A stretch of 63,143 nucleotides of DNA, counting the filler, from Octopus bimaculoides (Eukaryota): assembly GCF_001194135.2 (NCBI RefSeq). It is 4 parts of 4 records of this genome, joined end to end, with 100 filler letters (N's around TTAATTAATTAA, not from the genome) between each part and the next. Parts side by side here need not be neighbours in the genome. Positions count along the whole stretch, not along the records: positions 1 to 29,026 come from NC_068994.1; 3 more parts are not named here. The stretch is one strand, 5' to 3'. Position 1 is the stretch's first letter. Every line of letters starts with the position of its first letter. The notes under the pieces were generated by a model. The model was not told the origin of the DNA. It searched no databases and saw only the letters and a program-made list of their open reading frames with translations. The translations under genes and the position numbers were made by a program. Of this stretch, positions 13,882-27,243 are shown piece by piece.

Positions 13882-15173
13882 CTTTGTTTTTTCTTTCTTT
13901 CTTCCTCTTCTTTTTTTTTTCATTTCTTCACTCATATTTGTTTTCTTCAGTTTTGGATTTGTATTTTAATGTGGTTTTGCATTATATATGTACCACATAC
14001 ATACATGTTATATCTTCTTTTTTTTATCATTTTACTTGTTTCAGTCATTAGACTGTGGCCATGCTGGGGCACCACCTTCAATTTTTAGTTGAATGAATCA
14101 AACTCAGGATTTCTTTTTTTAAGCCTGGTACTTATTCTATTGGTTTCTTTTGGTAAACCACTAAGTTACGGGGACACAAACACACCAACACCAGTTGTCA
14201 AGCCAGTGGAGGTGGAGACAAACACAGACACAAAGACACACACACACACACATATATATCATCATCCTCATCATCATCACCGTTTAACGTCTGCTTTCCA
14301 TGCTGGCATGGGTTGGACAGTTTGACTGAGGACTGGCAAGCAAGGAGGCTGCACCAGGCTACAATCTGTTTGATCTGGCAAGGTTTCTACAGCTGGATAC
14401 CCTTCCTAATGCCAACTATTCCAAGAATGTAGTGGGTGCTTTTCACATGCCACTGGCACAGGAGCCAGTCAGGCAGCACTGGCACTGACCACACACANNN
14501 NNNNNNNNNNNNNNNNNNNNNNNNNNNNNNNNNNNNNNNNNNNNNNNNNNNNNNGCAAAATAAGAAAAACAATTAAATTGGAGAAAAAAGTCTGTCTCTC
14601 TATTTCTTTGTGAATGCCTGGTTGGTTGGTTGGTTGGTTGGTTGGTTGGTTGGTTGGCAGGCAGGCAGGTAGGTAGGTAGTAGTAAATTTGAAGGAATAG
14701 TTTGGGTACAAACAATTGATGGTTTAAGCACACACACACATATATATATATATATAAAACTAAGATGAGAAAATAGAGAGGTAATTAATAAATAATTATT
14801 TATTAATTAAAAAAATCGACAAACATCCCTTACAGCTGCTTCAATTCAGACCCTTAGAAAATTATTAAATTATATTAAGAATTATTTGAAAGTCAAATCA
14901 TTTCAGAGGTAGATAAAGATATACAAAATAGGTGTTTAATTTCTGCATGCTGAGTAAATGGCTACAAACTGTTAACTGATAAAATTTATACATAAAGAAC
15001 ATAGTATAAAAATGGTAGAGACCTTGGAAGGGGAGTAAGGTTGTGTATAATGGAGTTGTAAAACAATATATTCATATAATGTTCAATATTCTCTGTATAG
15101 GTAACTAACAAGTACTTTCATAGAATTTTAATATCCCTGAATGAGGTTTGCAACCTTTAATTGTGCTTTTGTA

Positions 15174-15220
<47 letters not shown>

Positions 15221-16457
15221 GTACATATATATATATTTACATGACAGGCTTCTTTCAGTTTTTTATTTCTTTATTACCCACAAGGGGCTAAACATAGAGG
15301 TGACAAACAAGGACACACAAAGGGATTAAGTTGATTACATCGACCCCAGTGCGTAATTGGTACTTTATTTATCGACCCCAAGAGGATGAAAGGCAAAGTC
15401 AACCTTGGCGGAATTGAACTCAGAACATAACGGCAGACGAAATACCGCTAAGCATTTCGCTCGGTGTGCTAACATTTCTGCCAGCTCACCGCCTTTCAGT
15501 TTCTGTCAACCAAATCCAATTACAAAGCTTTGGTTGGTTCAAAACTACAGTAGAAGACACTTNNNNNNNNNNNNNNNNNNNNNNNNNNNNNNNNNNNNNN
15601 NNNNNNNNNNNNNNNNNNNNNNNNNNNNNNNNNNNNNNNNNNNNNNNNNNNNNNNNNNNNNNNNNNNNNNNNNNNNNNNNNNNNNNNNNNNNNNNNNNNN
15701 NNNNNNNNNNNNNNNNNNNNNNNNNNNNNNNNNNNNNNNNNNNNNNNNNNNNNNNNNNNNNNNNNNNNNNNNNNNNNNNNNNNNNNNNNNNNNNNNNNNN
15801 NNNNNNNNNNNNNNNNNNNNNNNNNNNNNNNNNNNNNNNNNNNNNNNNNNNNNNNNNNNNNNNNNNNNNNNNNNNNNNNNNNNNNNNNNNNNNNNNNNNN
15901 NNNNNNNNNNNNNNNNNNNNNNNNNNNNNNNNNNNNNNNNNNNNNNNNNNNNNNNNNNNNNNNNNNNNNNNNNNNNNNNNNNNNNNNNNNNNNNNNNNNN
16001 NNNNNNNNNNNNNNNNNNNNNNNNNNNNNNNNNNNNNNNNNNNNNNNNNNNNNNNNNNNNNNNNNNNNNNNNNNNNNNNNNNNNNNNNNNNNNNNNNNNN
16101 NNNNNNNNNNNNNNNNNNNNNNNNNNNNNNNNNNNNNNNNNNNNNNNNNNNNNNNNNNNNNNNNNNNNNNNNNNNNNNNNNNNNNNNNNNNNNNNNNNNN
16201 NNNNNNNNNNNNNNNNNNNNNNNNNNNNNNNNNNNNNNNNNNNNNNNNNNNNNNNNNNNNNNNNNNNNNNNNNNNNNNNNNNNNNNNNNNNNNNNNNNNN
16301 NNNNNNNNNNNNNNNNNNNNNNNNNNNNNNNNNNNNNNNNNNNNNNNNNNNNNNNNNNNNNNNNNNNNNNNNNNNNNNNNNNNNNNNNNNNNNNNNNNNN
16401 NNNNNNNNNNNNNNNNNNNNNNNNNNNNNNNNNNNNNNNNNNNNNNNNNNNNNNNNN

Positions 16458-16494
<37 letters not shown>

Positions 16495-17299
16495 ATATCG
16501 CCGATTGTTCTTTCTATAAGAACATTCTTGTACATCTTCTGTTCCACTGGCATATAACTGACTGGTACTAACTACATTATTAAATATAATCTGGTTAACC
16601 AAGAAGATGACTAATTCACGTAGCAACCCACTTTTGCCTTTAGTAAATGTGTAACAATACCAGAGTGCTCAACAGGTTTATTGAATTACATAACATTTTT
16701 CATTATTGTGTGCCAAAATTACTTCAGGTTATATTGTTAAACCCTCAAATGTCGGAAATTCTGCTTCTATTCCTTGTTATATCAGGAAGTTTGATTTGTA
16801 ATAGTATTGTATTATGTATAGCAGACATGAAGTAGGAATAAGACAGGTAATGAAAATAGTAAAAACAATAGTAGCAATAAATTGGAAGTTTAATGGCTAG
16901 CTAAAAGCTAAGTAGTATTTTCTAATGAAATAACTATTTCTAGAGAAATTCATACAATTGTAGAGCCATGATAGCCACTTAAAATGCACATTTATCATTA
17001 TATTCATTTTTATTTTATTTTTGTAATAATTAAATATCAGGCTTGAAAAATAAGTACTGGGGTTGGTTCATTTGACTAAAACCATTTAAGGATGCAGTCC
17101 AATGACTGAAGCAGTTAAAAGGAAAATGATAAAAGATCTCAGAAATACTGGGAATTGCAATCAGAAAATTTCTAACTTTAATCAATTTTTTTTTTTTTTT
17201 CAGAGAAATCTTTCTCTAACTGTAGCATAGTTTATATGAAGGACTGTGGAATAGTGTTAAATCAGTGTAGAAAGCTATGCCAAGGCAAACTGAAAATAA

Positions 17300-17830
17300 A
17301 AGAGTTTACATTTTTGCCTTAAGTCTAAATATTTCAGATTTAAAGCCCCTTATCAAGAGAAAAATACAAAACAGGCTTAGATCTGCTCTATAGAGATATA
17401 TGGAGAAGTTGAGAAGTTGTAGCATGTGAATATTGGAGCAAATTAGCACTATGCAACTCTTCACTGTTATCAATGGAAGCCTTAAGTTTATTAAAAAGGA
17501 TAATCTTATTAATCCACAGGTCTCCAATATTCCATTCTGTGACTTTAATGAAGAACATAATATCTTGGAAATGGCATTTCTCCAGTCAATTTTTAACAGA
17601 AGAAGCATTTGTATGCATATCTTCTTTAACACAAGTATGCGGCTTACAAACAGTGCATCAGCCACAAGATCCACTACATTTATTACAAACCATGTGGTAC
17701 AACAAGTAGGCCTACAAATATATGTCCACATTGCTGATGAGGTAGCTAGCCAGTATGCATACATTGTTGGCACATGTGGACCGATTCCTAGACAGACATT
17801 CTCTCAGGAAAGGACCAGAGAACACTAGTT
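17300..17830 (-). mobile_element. Possible old LINE remnant (CR1/Crack-like)
   Basis: Locally higher complexity with stop-interrupted frames. One reads LEKCHFQDIMFFIKV..., reminiscent of the QDIMFLIK segment of Crack/CR1 ORF2 tails. Weak. Confidence 0.3.
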
Positions 17831-19521
17831 GTATGTTCAGTCCCTTTCTATACAGCTGTGATTTTTATCATTAAAGCATGGCAGCTTCGGTGAAAGAATA
17901 TTGTTGCAAATGGTCTGAATATTATTGGAAGGTTTTTGAATTAGGCCAGTATCTCTCAAAGAATTGTAGGTAACCATTACATTGTGTAACATGCTTTTTG
18001 TCCTTGGGTAGCAACTCTTATTTCCTATTTGCTTACTCCTAGAAAGTATGAAAAATGATGAGCAAATCTGTGGTATTGAGCAGAATATTTGCTATAATGA
18101 TATTTCTGATTCAGCAACTCAGCACTGGATCTGCTTGAAATGTAATGGAAAATAGGTCAGTTTCAAATCATTGATGTCCATGTCATAAAAGCAAAGTTTG
18201 AAGGGAATAGTAGACAGAAACTGAAAGAAACCCATCATATAAATATATATATATAGATAGATATATACACACACATACACACACACACACACACATACAC
18301 ACACACACACACACACATACACACACACACATATGCATGAGTGTCTTTATGTCTGTGTTTGTCCCCCACCTTCATTAGACTCAGTCAAGTGGATTTCTTT
18401 GAACATAGCCTAAGACATCTGTATGTGTAGTATACAGCAACTGTCTCAGACGTAGGAGCAATGCTCCAATGTGGAGCATACCTGAGATCTGTAGAGGGCA
18501 GATTTATCAGCATCTTTTCTTGTTTCAGTCATTAGACTGCAGCCATGCTGGGGCACCAACTTTTATATTTATTCAGAAACAGATTTATGTAAAGCAAGAT
18601 GGAGGGGCATAGCTCAAAAAGTAACAATTGCATAAAGGAGCAGAATATGTTCTTTAATAAGGAACAAGAACAAAGACTGTATAGTTTTGCAAGTTCTGTC
18701 CAACCCATGCCAGCACAGAAATCAGATGTTAAATGATGATGACGGTTATGATGGTGGTGATGATGATGATCATCATCATCATCATGGTAATGATGATAAT
18801 GATGACAATCATCATGATGGTGATAGTGATGATGATGATGATGATGAACTTCAAAATGTTTGTAAATGTTTGAAAGCTTGAAGTATAAATAGAAGTTAAA
18901 TACTTTATACAACCAAAACAAGCTGGAATTAATTCATCTGAGAGACTCAACAAAATGGAAGACATTTTAAACTGGTAAGTAGAATTAACAAAAACAAGTG
19001 TGGCTTGGTGTCAGGTGTCAATGTGTGGTTAAGAAGGTCGCTTCCCAACCAAGTGGTTTCAGATTCAATCCCACAACATGGCAACTCGAGCAAATGTCTT
19101 CCACTATATCCCTGGGTCAACCAATGTTCTTGTAAGTGAATTTGGTAGATGGAAACTGTGTGGAAGCTCAATGTATATGTCTGTGGGTGGGTGCTTGTAA
19201 GAATGTATGGATATGGACATGGGATTCTGTGTAGGTGTGCCTTTGTGTTTGTCCCCCTCCCCTGCCCTAAACCTAAGCCTAACCACTTGACAACTGGTGT
19301 TTCTTTGTTTATGACCTCACCTCTAACTTAGCAGTTAGAGGTGTTAATAGTTAGTATAAAAACTATTCTAGCAAAATTTCAGAATAGAGAGTCCCACGTT
19401 CCTTAAGAGTACAAAAACTTACAAACCCTAAATGACAGCCCCAGCAAAGGCATCATAAAATATTAGAGGGCAGAGTCTAGCTTTATCATAACTAAATTGA
19501 GAAGAAAAACAGAAGTGTTCA

Positions 19522-19915
19522 TAGGCGTGGCAGTGTGGTAAGAAGCTTGCTTCACAACCACATGGTTCTGGGTTCAGTCCCACTGTGTGACATCCTGGGT
19601 AAATATCTTTTCTTATAGCTTCAGTGGGTATCTTCTCCTATAGCCTCAGACCAAACCATTCTGAGTCGATTTTGTAGACAGAAACCGAAAAAAGCCCTTC
19701 GTATATGTGTGTGTGTGTTTGTCCCCGACCACCACCACTTGACAACCAGTGTTGGTGTGTTTACATCCCTGTAATTTAGTAGCTTGGAAAAAAAGAGACC
19801 CCTAGAAGAAGTACCAGGCTTGAAAAGAGAAAAAGAACGGGACGATTCATTTGACTAAAAATTCTTTAAGGTGGTGCCCCAGTATGGCCGCATTCTAATG
19901 ACTGAAACAAGTGAA
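19522..19915 (+). mobile_element. SINE family A copy
   Basis: Head, body and tail match 5142-5545. A more decayed copy lies just upstream (about 19010-19335). Confidence 0.8.
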
Positions 19916-20714
19916 CGCTAATAGATAAAAGATTGTCAGAGAAAATAAAGATATGCAAATCGTTGATTGCAAAAAGAGGGAGAGAGAGAGAGAGAGAGAG
20001 AGAGGTGCAATGTAAGGGAAATAACTTTTGCAGCCTTCTAATATCAAGTGGTCCACCTTGCTTTCAAAATGATCAGCTTTCTTGCTATAAAATATAGACG
20101 TGCAAATGTTGACGAAATGGGTTGCCCTACATTTTTAGTTTTCTTCTTCCAGCGAGTCCCAGTTGTCGTCGCCACTGTTGCCTAATTCCCTGTCTGCCTG
20201 TCTGGCTAGCCTTACATAATATATTACGTATGTACCGAAACTGAATCACTTAAATCATTTTTCTATGTAACAATGGATTTGCTGGAAATCAATATCAATC
20301 AGAACTGAGACTTATTTTCAGATATTATATATGCAAATATGCATATATATATGCGTATATATATATATATATATAATTTAAAAGAGTTCCAACTCTGTCT
20401 GTTTTTTATGTTTTATTTATATTCTTATAAAATTAATGTGGGATATAGAATATGGAATATATAATACAAATAGTAAAATGAAATGAAGTATTGAATGTCT
20501 TATTGAATATATGAAATATTGAGTATTAAATATATAAGGATTAGTATACTTTCCTGCCTCATGGCAGTCATCAAGGTCCCATATATATGCACACATATAT
20601 ACACTTACATATATATGTACATACATATATAAACATACATGTCTATACACACACACGCACATACACACATTTTTTATATAAGTTTCAGTCCGAGGACTGC
20701 GGCCATGCTGGGGC

Positions 20715-21170
20715 ACTGCTTTTTTTCTCTGCTACATTTTCACTATACCTCCTCTGATGTGTGATATTTGATAGATGAAGGATTTTGATGTTGCTGCCCT
20801 CATTTGTGTTTCTTGCCTTGAGGTAGGTTAATCTGGAACTCTTGTCAGAAGGAGATCCAGTTTTGTTTTGAAAAAGTCTGCATCTACACCATGCAGATCT
20901 CTCAGGATTTGTGGAAGGATATTGCAGAGCTGTGGGCCTTTGAAGCCCAACCTGTTGCAGTATCTGGTTCTGTATTCTGATAGCTATGTTGAGGTTTTTG
21001 GTACTATGCAGAGGCACTCCATCTTGATGTCTATGTAACTGACAATGCCAAAATTTGGCACAAGTTTTTCTATGATTTTCCAGATGTATATTACTGCATA
21101 TTTTTCCTGCCTTCAGTTCAGGGAGAAGAGTCTTAACTCTTTCAGTTTCTCCCAGTAGCTGATATGTCGC
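20715..21170 (-). mobile_element. CR1/L2-type LINE ORF2 C-terminal fragment
   Basis: SYWEKLKELRLFSLN*RQEKYAVIYIWKIIEKLVPNFG...LGFKGPQLCNILPQILRDLHGVDADFFKTKLDLLLTRVPD*. This is the typical Y-x-ERL-x-x-L-x-L-x-SL...FK-x-x-LD tail, read in a different frame from the listed 176-aa ORF. Confidence 0.7.
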
Positions 21171-21226
21171 ATTGAAATTATAGTAACTAATGAATTTATA
21201 TACAATTACATACAATTATAAATATT

Positions 21227-21815
21227 TAGGGGTGAAAAAAGTATTCATACAGAATAAATTTATGAGTTTTTATGCCACAAAATATTGTTAAAATAATTTA
21301 TTTTTTTTTACTAGAACTTTCTTGTTTGTTCCAATAATCTTATCAGTGGTCATTTTTAAGTGTCAAAACGCTAGCTTCTTCATTCAGCACTGAGACAACA
21401 TAAAGTAATGTTGTAATAATGGCGAAAAGTAAAGAACTCACAAATTCAGTGAAAAACTTAATTATTGAACAGTGGAAAACAGGTAAATGTTACAGGAAAA
21501 TATCAGAGACCCTTTGTATTCCATTTTCTACCATATCTTCATTTATTCAAAGATATAAAAAATCGGGAACTGTTGAAAACAGAATAAGATCCGGTGCACT
21601 ACACAAGATTTCCCCTAGATCTTTAAGAAAAATGAAGTGAAGTATCGAAAAAAATGCAATGATGACCAGAAAGGAGTTGCAAGAAGATTTGTTAGCTTCA
21701 GGGACTAGTGTTACGCTATGAACAATCAGCAATGAACTTCATAGGAATGAAATGAAGTCATGTTCTCCTAGAAAAACTCCGTTGTTGACTAAAAGGCATA
21801 GAGATGCCCATCTTA
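21227..21815 (+). mobile_element. Tc1-like DNA transposon, 5' part (TIR-like end and HTH region), truncated
   Basis: The end taggggtgaaaaaagtattcatac resembles Tc1 TIRs. MAKSKELTNSVKNLIIEQWKTGKCYRKISETLCIPFSTISSFIQRYKKSGTVENRIRSGALHKIS...*...TISNELHRNEMKSCSPRKTPLLTKRHRDA: paired-like HTH, GRPR-like and RKTPLL motifs, with stops. Confidence 0.85.
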
Positions 21816-22159
21816 TCTGCTGATGAATATGGTAGGTTTTTGAAAGACATCAGCTTCATGTTTATCTACAAACACTCTTTTATATATTGAGGTATATGTC
21901 TTTATCCTTTTTATTTGTTACTTGTTTCAGTCATTAGACTGTGGTCATGCTGGGGCAACACCTTGAATTTTTAGTCAAATGAATTGACCCCAGTACTTAC
22001 TTTTTAAGCCTGGTACTTATTCTATTAGTCTTTTTTGCTGAACCACCAAGTTATAGGGTTGCAAACACACCAACACTGGTTGTCAAGTGGTGGTGGGGGA
22101 CAAACATAAACACAAAGACACACACACATAAATGCATAGAAACATATATATATATATAT

Positions 22160-22194
<35 letters not shown>

Positions 22195-23429
22195 NNNNNN
22201 NNNNNNNNNNNNNNNNNNNNNNNNNNNNNNNNNNNNNNNNNNNNNNNNNNNNNNNNNNNNNNNNNNNNNNNNNNNNNNNNNNNNNNNNNNNNNNNNNNNN
22301 NNNNNNNNNNNNNNNNNNNNNNNNNNNNNNNNNNNNNNNNNNNNNNNNNNNNNNNNNNNNNNNNNNNNNNNNNNNNNNNNNNNNNNNNNNNNNNNNNNNN
22401 NNNNNNNNNNNNNNNNNNNNNNNNNNNNNNNNNNNNNNNNNNNNNNNNNNNNNNNNNNNNNNNNNNNNNNNNNNNNNNNNNNNNNNNNNNNNNNNNNNNN
22501 NNNNNNNNNNNNNNNNNNNNNNNNNNNNNNNNNNNNNNNNNNNNNNNNNNNNNNNNNNNNNNNNNNNNNNNNNNNNNNNNNNNNNNNNNNNNNNNNNNNN
22601 NNNNNNNNNNNNNNNNNNNNNNNNNNNNNNNNNNNNNNNNNNNNNNNNNNNNNNNNNNNNNNNNNNNNNNNNNNNNNNNNNNNNNNNNNNNNNNNNNNNN
22701 NNNNNNNNNNNNNNNNNNNNNNNNNNNNNNNNNNNNNNNNNNNNNNNNNNNNNNNNNNNNNNNNNNNNNNNNNNNNNNNNNNNNNNNNNNNNNNNNNNNN
22801 NNNNNNNNNNNNNNNNNNNNNNNNNNNNNNNNNNNNNNNNNNNNNNNNNNNNNNNNNNNNNNNNACCAGTGTTCAGTGAAAAACTAAATATGTTAATTTT
22901 GCCTTGATGGATATGAGTATTTAAATTATTTATGAATGAGAAAAAGAGGAAAATGGAGAAATTGACACATAGACATCAGTTTATTCAAAGATATTCAGAT
23001 TAATATAATATGAAATTCTTATCCCTACAGCCGTTTCCATAACCAATTAATTCAATTAGAGGAATTAAATTAAATTAATTTTAAAATTTCATGTTTAGAC
23101 TGGTTAATTCGGTATTTCATCAGGGGAGAATTTTCCAGAAAGGAGTTACATTCCAACATGTTGGTCAACCTGACTTCAAACTACTTTCTTTTTACACAAC
23201 TGTTAGCTAAACCCGAGAAAAGTAAGTAGGGGTGCAAATCTTGATTTTGCACCCACTAAAAATTTAAGGAAGTGTGCTTGCATCCCCTGCACCCCCTATT
23301 CCCAGAACCCTGAATGACCATGTGTCCACATATACATGAAGAGGCTCTATTTCAACAAAATTAAGGTTAATGTAGAACATTCTTCTCTTTCAAATGAGTA
23401 GGCTACTTGAAAAAAAAAATTATTCTTAC

Positions 23430-23585
23430 CGTTAAGGGTGTTATAACAAGTCTTGAAGAAGCCCCAAGGTACTCGTAACCATAGAAATAATCGGAATTAG
23501 ACATATGGATAATACACATGTCTGTGGTGGTATCCCAATAATAGCGGAGTTGTTTCTGCCAATCAAAGCTCTCAATGCTGTCAAC
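23430..23585 (-). CDS. DNAH6: Axonemal dynein heavy chain (DNAH6-like), exon immediately before AAA1
   Basis: gaatccactag|GTT GAC...TTA ACG|gtaaga. 156 nt, phase 0 to 0. VDSIESFDWQKQLRYYWDTTTDMCIIHMSNSDYFYGYEYLGASSRLVITPLT contains the diagnostic FDW-x-x-QLRYYW...YGYEYLG...RLVITPLT motif. The LGA-x-x-RLVITPLT form points to the DNAH6 group. Confidence 0.92.
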
Positions 23586-25128
23586 CTAGTGGATTCGACA
23601 GAAAAAGTATTCACAGAAAGTAACAGAAAATTAAATAAGCATTTATCTGAATTACATTGACACAACAATGAAAAACTTATTCTGCTAATACATTTACAAA
23701 ACTAAAGAGAAAGAAATATTTCAGATATGTGAAAAATAAAAATTATTAAAAACTAAATTACATTTCAAATGCCTTCCATATAAAAAGGAAAACAGTTTAC
23801 ATATTAAATGTGTCAAACAGTAAAGAAGTTAACAGGAAATCTTTCTCTCTTTTCTCATATAGTTTATTTAATATTATTTCTTTAACTGTATTCAAACAAA
23901 TATTAATCAAATTTATATGTTTTTAACTTCAAGAAATAACTGAGAAAACAGAAAATATTGAGGAAACAGAAAATATGACAAAACTTTCCTGGAATAATTC
24001 TAAGTGATTTATTTACACTATTAATAATAATATCCAAGCAAGAGGTTTTCCTTAATTGATATTACATTTAATTACCAGGCTTAATCAAATTTTCATACTT
24101 AGATTCTAAAAGATTTTTTTTTGATTTAAGAGAGTAGTTTCCTATTAACACATCACCACCACCACCACCATCATCATTTAACATCCACTGTCCATGCTGG
24201 CATGGGTTGGACAGTTTGACCAGAGCTGACAAGCTGGAGAGCTGCACCAGACTCCAGTCTGAGCACAGTTTTTATGGCTGGATGCCCTTCCTAATGCCAA
24301 CTGCTATACTGATTGTTGGATATAGTTAACCAAATTCATTTAACACTGAGTGCTTTATAGATATCTGCCTGGATTTTTTTATTTATTTTACTTCTTATAT
24401 ACATCATCATCATCATNNNNNNNNNNATTATTATTACTATTCTGAATATTCTAGAATTCAATGAAAGAGGAAGAAATGAAAATATAATTTAAGTAAAGAA
24501 TGAGTTTTATTTAACTAATAAAATACAGGTATTGTAAATACAGTAAAATACAATACTGTGCTGTAAGGGAGCACTCTGTTGGTTACGATAATGAGGGTCC
24601 CAGCTGATATGGTCAACATAAGAGCTTGCTCACGAAATTAAGATGCAAGTGGCTGAGCACTCCACAGACATGTGTACCCTTAACATAGTTCTCAGGGAGA
24701 TTCAGCATGACACAGAGTGCGACAAGGCTGGCCCTTTGAAATACAGGTATTGCTCATTTTTGCCAGCTGAGTGGACTGGAGCAACATGAAAATGAAGTGT
24801 CTTGCTCAAGGACACAACGTGTCACTGGGAATTGAACTCATGACCTTACAATCATGAGCTGAATGCCCTAACCACTAAGCCATGCACCTTCATCGTACTG
24901 TACTTTGAGAAGCAACAATCTATTTTAGATACTGCAGAATTCTCTTGACTCAATCCAACTACACTTTTTCTGGAATTTTTTTTTTTTTTCTGGGAACTGG
25001 TTGCTTGAGAGTTCCGCTTATTTAAATATAGCCTGACCGGGAGTTTACTGTATATCCGTTCTAAACCATCAATAAAGATAAGCATTGCAACAATGATGAT
25101 AATAACAATGATAAGGTGATCAAGTGTG

Positions 25129-25348
25129 CAAGGAGGAGGAGGAGGAGGAGGGGGGGAGGAAGAGGAAGATGAGGAGGAGGAAGAAGAGGAGGAGGAGGAG
25201 GAAGAGGAGGAGGAAGAGGCGGAGGAGGAAGAAGAGGAGGAGGAAGAGGCGGAGGAGGAAGAGGCGGAGGAGGAAGAGGCGGAGGAGGAAGAGGCGGAGG
25301 AGGAAGAGGCGGAGGAGGAAGAGGCGGAGGAGGAAGAGGCGGAGGAGG
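25129..25348. repeat. Polypurine tract: (GGA)n grading into 15-bp (GAGGAGGAAGAGGCG)n
   Basis: About 220 bp that is nearly all purine on the plus strand. It is the source of the poly-E, poly-R/K and poly-S ORFs. Confidence 0.92.
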
Positions 25349-25414
25349 ATAACAACAAGCATGAGTACAAATAGGACGCTGTTAACATCTATTTTAATCA
25401 ATGAATTCACAAAC

Positions 25415-25540
25415 CTTTTTCTTAACTAATTCAGAGATAATATCCCGAGCATTGACTTTTGTGGTAATTAAAGCACACACTGTAGCTCTGTTCAGCTTTG
25501 ATAGTTTCCCACTCACAAGAGAAGCAAGCTGGTTCAAATC
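25415..25540 (-). CDS. DNAH6: Axonemal dynein heavy chain (DNAH6-like), linker-region exon
   Basis: ttacttttctag|GAT TTG AAC...AAA AAG|gtttgt. 126 nt, phase 0 to 0. DLNQLASLVSGKLSKLNRATVCALITTKVNARDIISELVKKK matches the dynein L-x-x-L-x-x-L-V-x-G-x-L...ALIT-x-DVHARD-I-V-x-x-L block. Confidence 0.85.
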
Positions 25541-25797
25541 CTAGAAAAGTAATGTTTAAAAGAAAATTAACTATAAAAACATTACATGTAGTTTTTATAT
25601 ATTTGCAAATATTATTTCTTTTCTATGCGTAACATCATTTTTCTGCACTAGCCTACTGGGTTCCCAAGCATGACCATCTAAGACTACAGATATTATCCAA
25701 CCACCTCACTCATGTTCTGCCCCTAGGTCTCCTGCCAGTTGGCCCAGCTTGAAGAACCCTCTTTGCAGTCCTTTTCTGCAGCATTCTAACCATATGT

Positions 25798-26186
25798 AAG
25801 TGCAGGTGTGGCTGTATAGTAAGAAGCTTGCATCCCAACCAAATGGTTCCAGGGTCACTGCGGGGCACTTTGGGCAAGTATCTTCTACTATAGCTGCCTC
25901 AGGCCAACCAGTGGATTTGGTTGATAGAAACTGAAAGAAGCCCGTCATATATATCTGTGTGTGTGTGTGTTTATGTCTTTGTATCTGGTCATCCCCAACC
26001 ACTGCTTGGCAACCGGTGTTGGTGTGTTTGTATCCCTGTAACTTAGTGGTTTGCCAAAAGAGACCAATAGAATAAGTACTAGGCTTAAAAATGTCATGGG
26101 AGTCAATCTGTTTCAACTGAAACTCTTCAAAGTGATGTCCCAGCATAGCCAGTCAAATGGCTGCAACAGGTAAAAGATAAAAGATA
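25798..26186 (+). mobile_element. SINE family A copy (in DNAH6-like intron)
   Basis: Head gcaggtgtggctgtatagtaagaagcttgc...tail cagcatagccagtcaaatggctgcaacaggtaaaag. Confidence 0.8.
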
Positions 26187-26294
26187 TGTCTGTAGTACTT
26201 GACATATGGTACCATCTGTCAGTGTGGAGAGATGATTACAAAGAAGCATAATTATAAAATAAGTTACAAAGTAAGAGCACTAAGCAGTGATATG

Positions 26295-26524
26295 TATAAA
26301 TGCAATGTTATTACCCGTTTAAATATGCTTGTGGCACGTTTGGACTAATAAACAAGCCATACACTGTGTTTTGTCATGGAGAAAATTTCTGTTGTTGACA
26401 ATGGTATAAATACCCCTAAATGTATTTACACCATTATCTCCATGACAAAACACAATGAATGACTTGTTTATTAGTCCAAATGTGCCACAAGCATATTTGA
26501 ACAGGTAATAACATTGCATTTATA
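26295..26524. mobile_element. Fold-back MITE (about 230 bp, near-complete palindrome)
   Basis: The left arm tataaatgcaatgttattacccgtttaaatatgcttgtggcacgtttggactaataaacaag...tgtgttttgtcatggaga is the reverse complement of the right arm with few mismatches (about 85 bp arms). Inner hairpin aatggtataaatac/gtatttacaccatt. Ends in TA. Confidence 0.85.
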
Positions 26525-27243
26525 AAATAAGTGATATAATTAAAGCTGCAAAATGAATATCAAAAGACAAAAATCAAATACAAAAAGGACAAAAGAAAGA
26601 CCAAAGGACGTTCACAGTTCATGTTATTAGGTAGATGCCCATAGAAGGGGGAAAATTGTGAAGTGAAAGTTAAAGGAGCTGCTTAACCCTTTAGCATTCA
26701 GATCATTCTGTCAAAAGTAATACTTATTTATCCACTTTGTTTTGAATTAATCATGCATTATGCTGTAGCTTGAGATTTTAATGTGGTCACTATTGACTTT
26801 TAGAATGATATTGTAGGATTGGTGTGAGAGTCTAGATCTGGACAGTGTGAACATAAAACAAATAGAATATTTTGGCTGGATATTGCTGGTTTAAATGTTA
26901 AACAGCTAAATATTTGCTATCTGACATTAAAAATACATTAACAATAATCTAGTGCAGAGCAGTGGATTTGAACCTGGACAGTAGCACCATCTTGTGAGGC
27001 ACTGTAAGCTCCAAGAAAATATCTAAAAAGAGGAGAAGAAAATATGGATAAAAGGCACAAGTTAGCTTTTGTTGATTAAAATAATTTGCTGATTAAAATA
27101 ATTTGCCTTTTTTTACTGCAAAACATGGAGAAGGGAGCATTTGTAAAACACTAGCTGATGAAAGAAAAGGTGCATTGAGCTACAAAGGGTTAAGATCCAC
27201 AGATCAAAAGTAAGAAAGAAGAAAACAAAAAGTTTATTCTTAC

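Noticed and set aside
24852-25429. Poly-E, poly-R/K (protamine-like) and poly-S ORFs
   Set aside because: All are translations of one intronic purine-rich simple repeat, with no splice or homology support.
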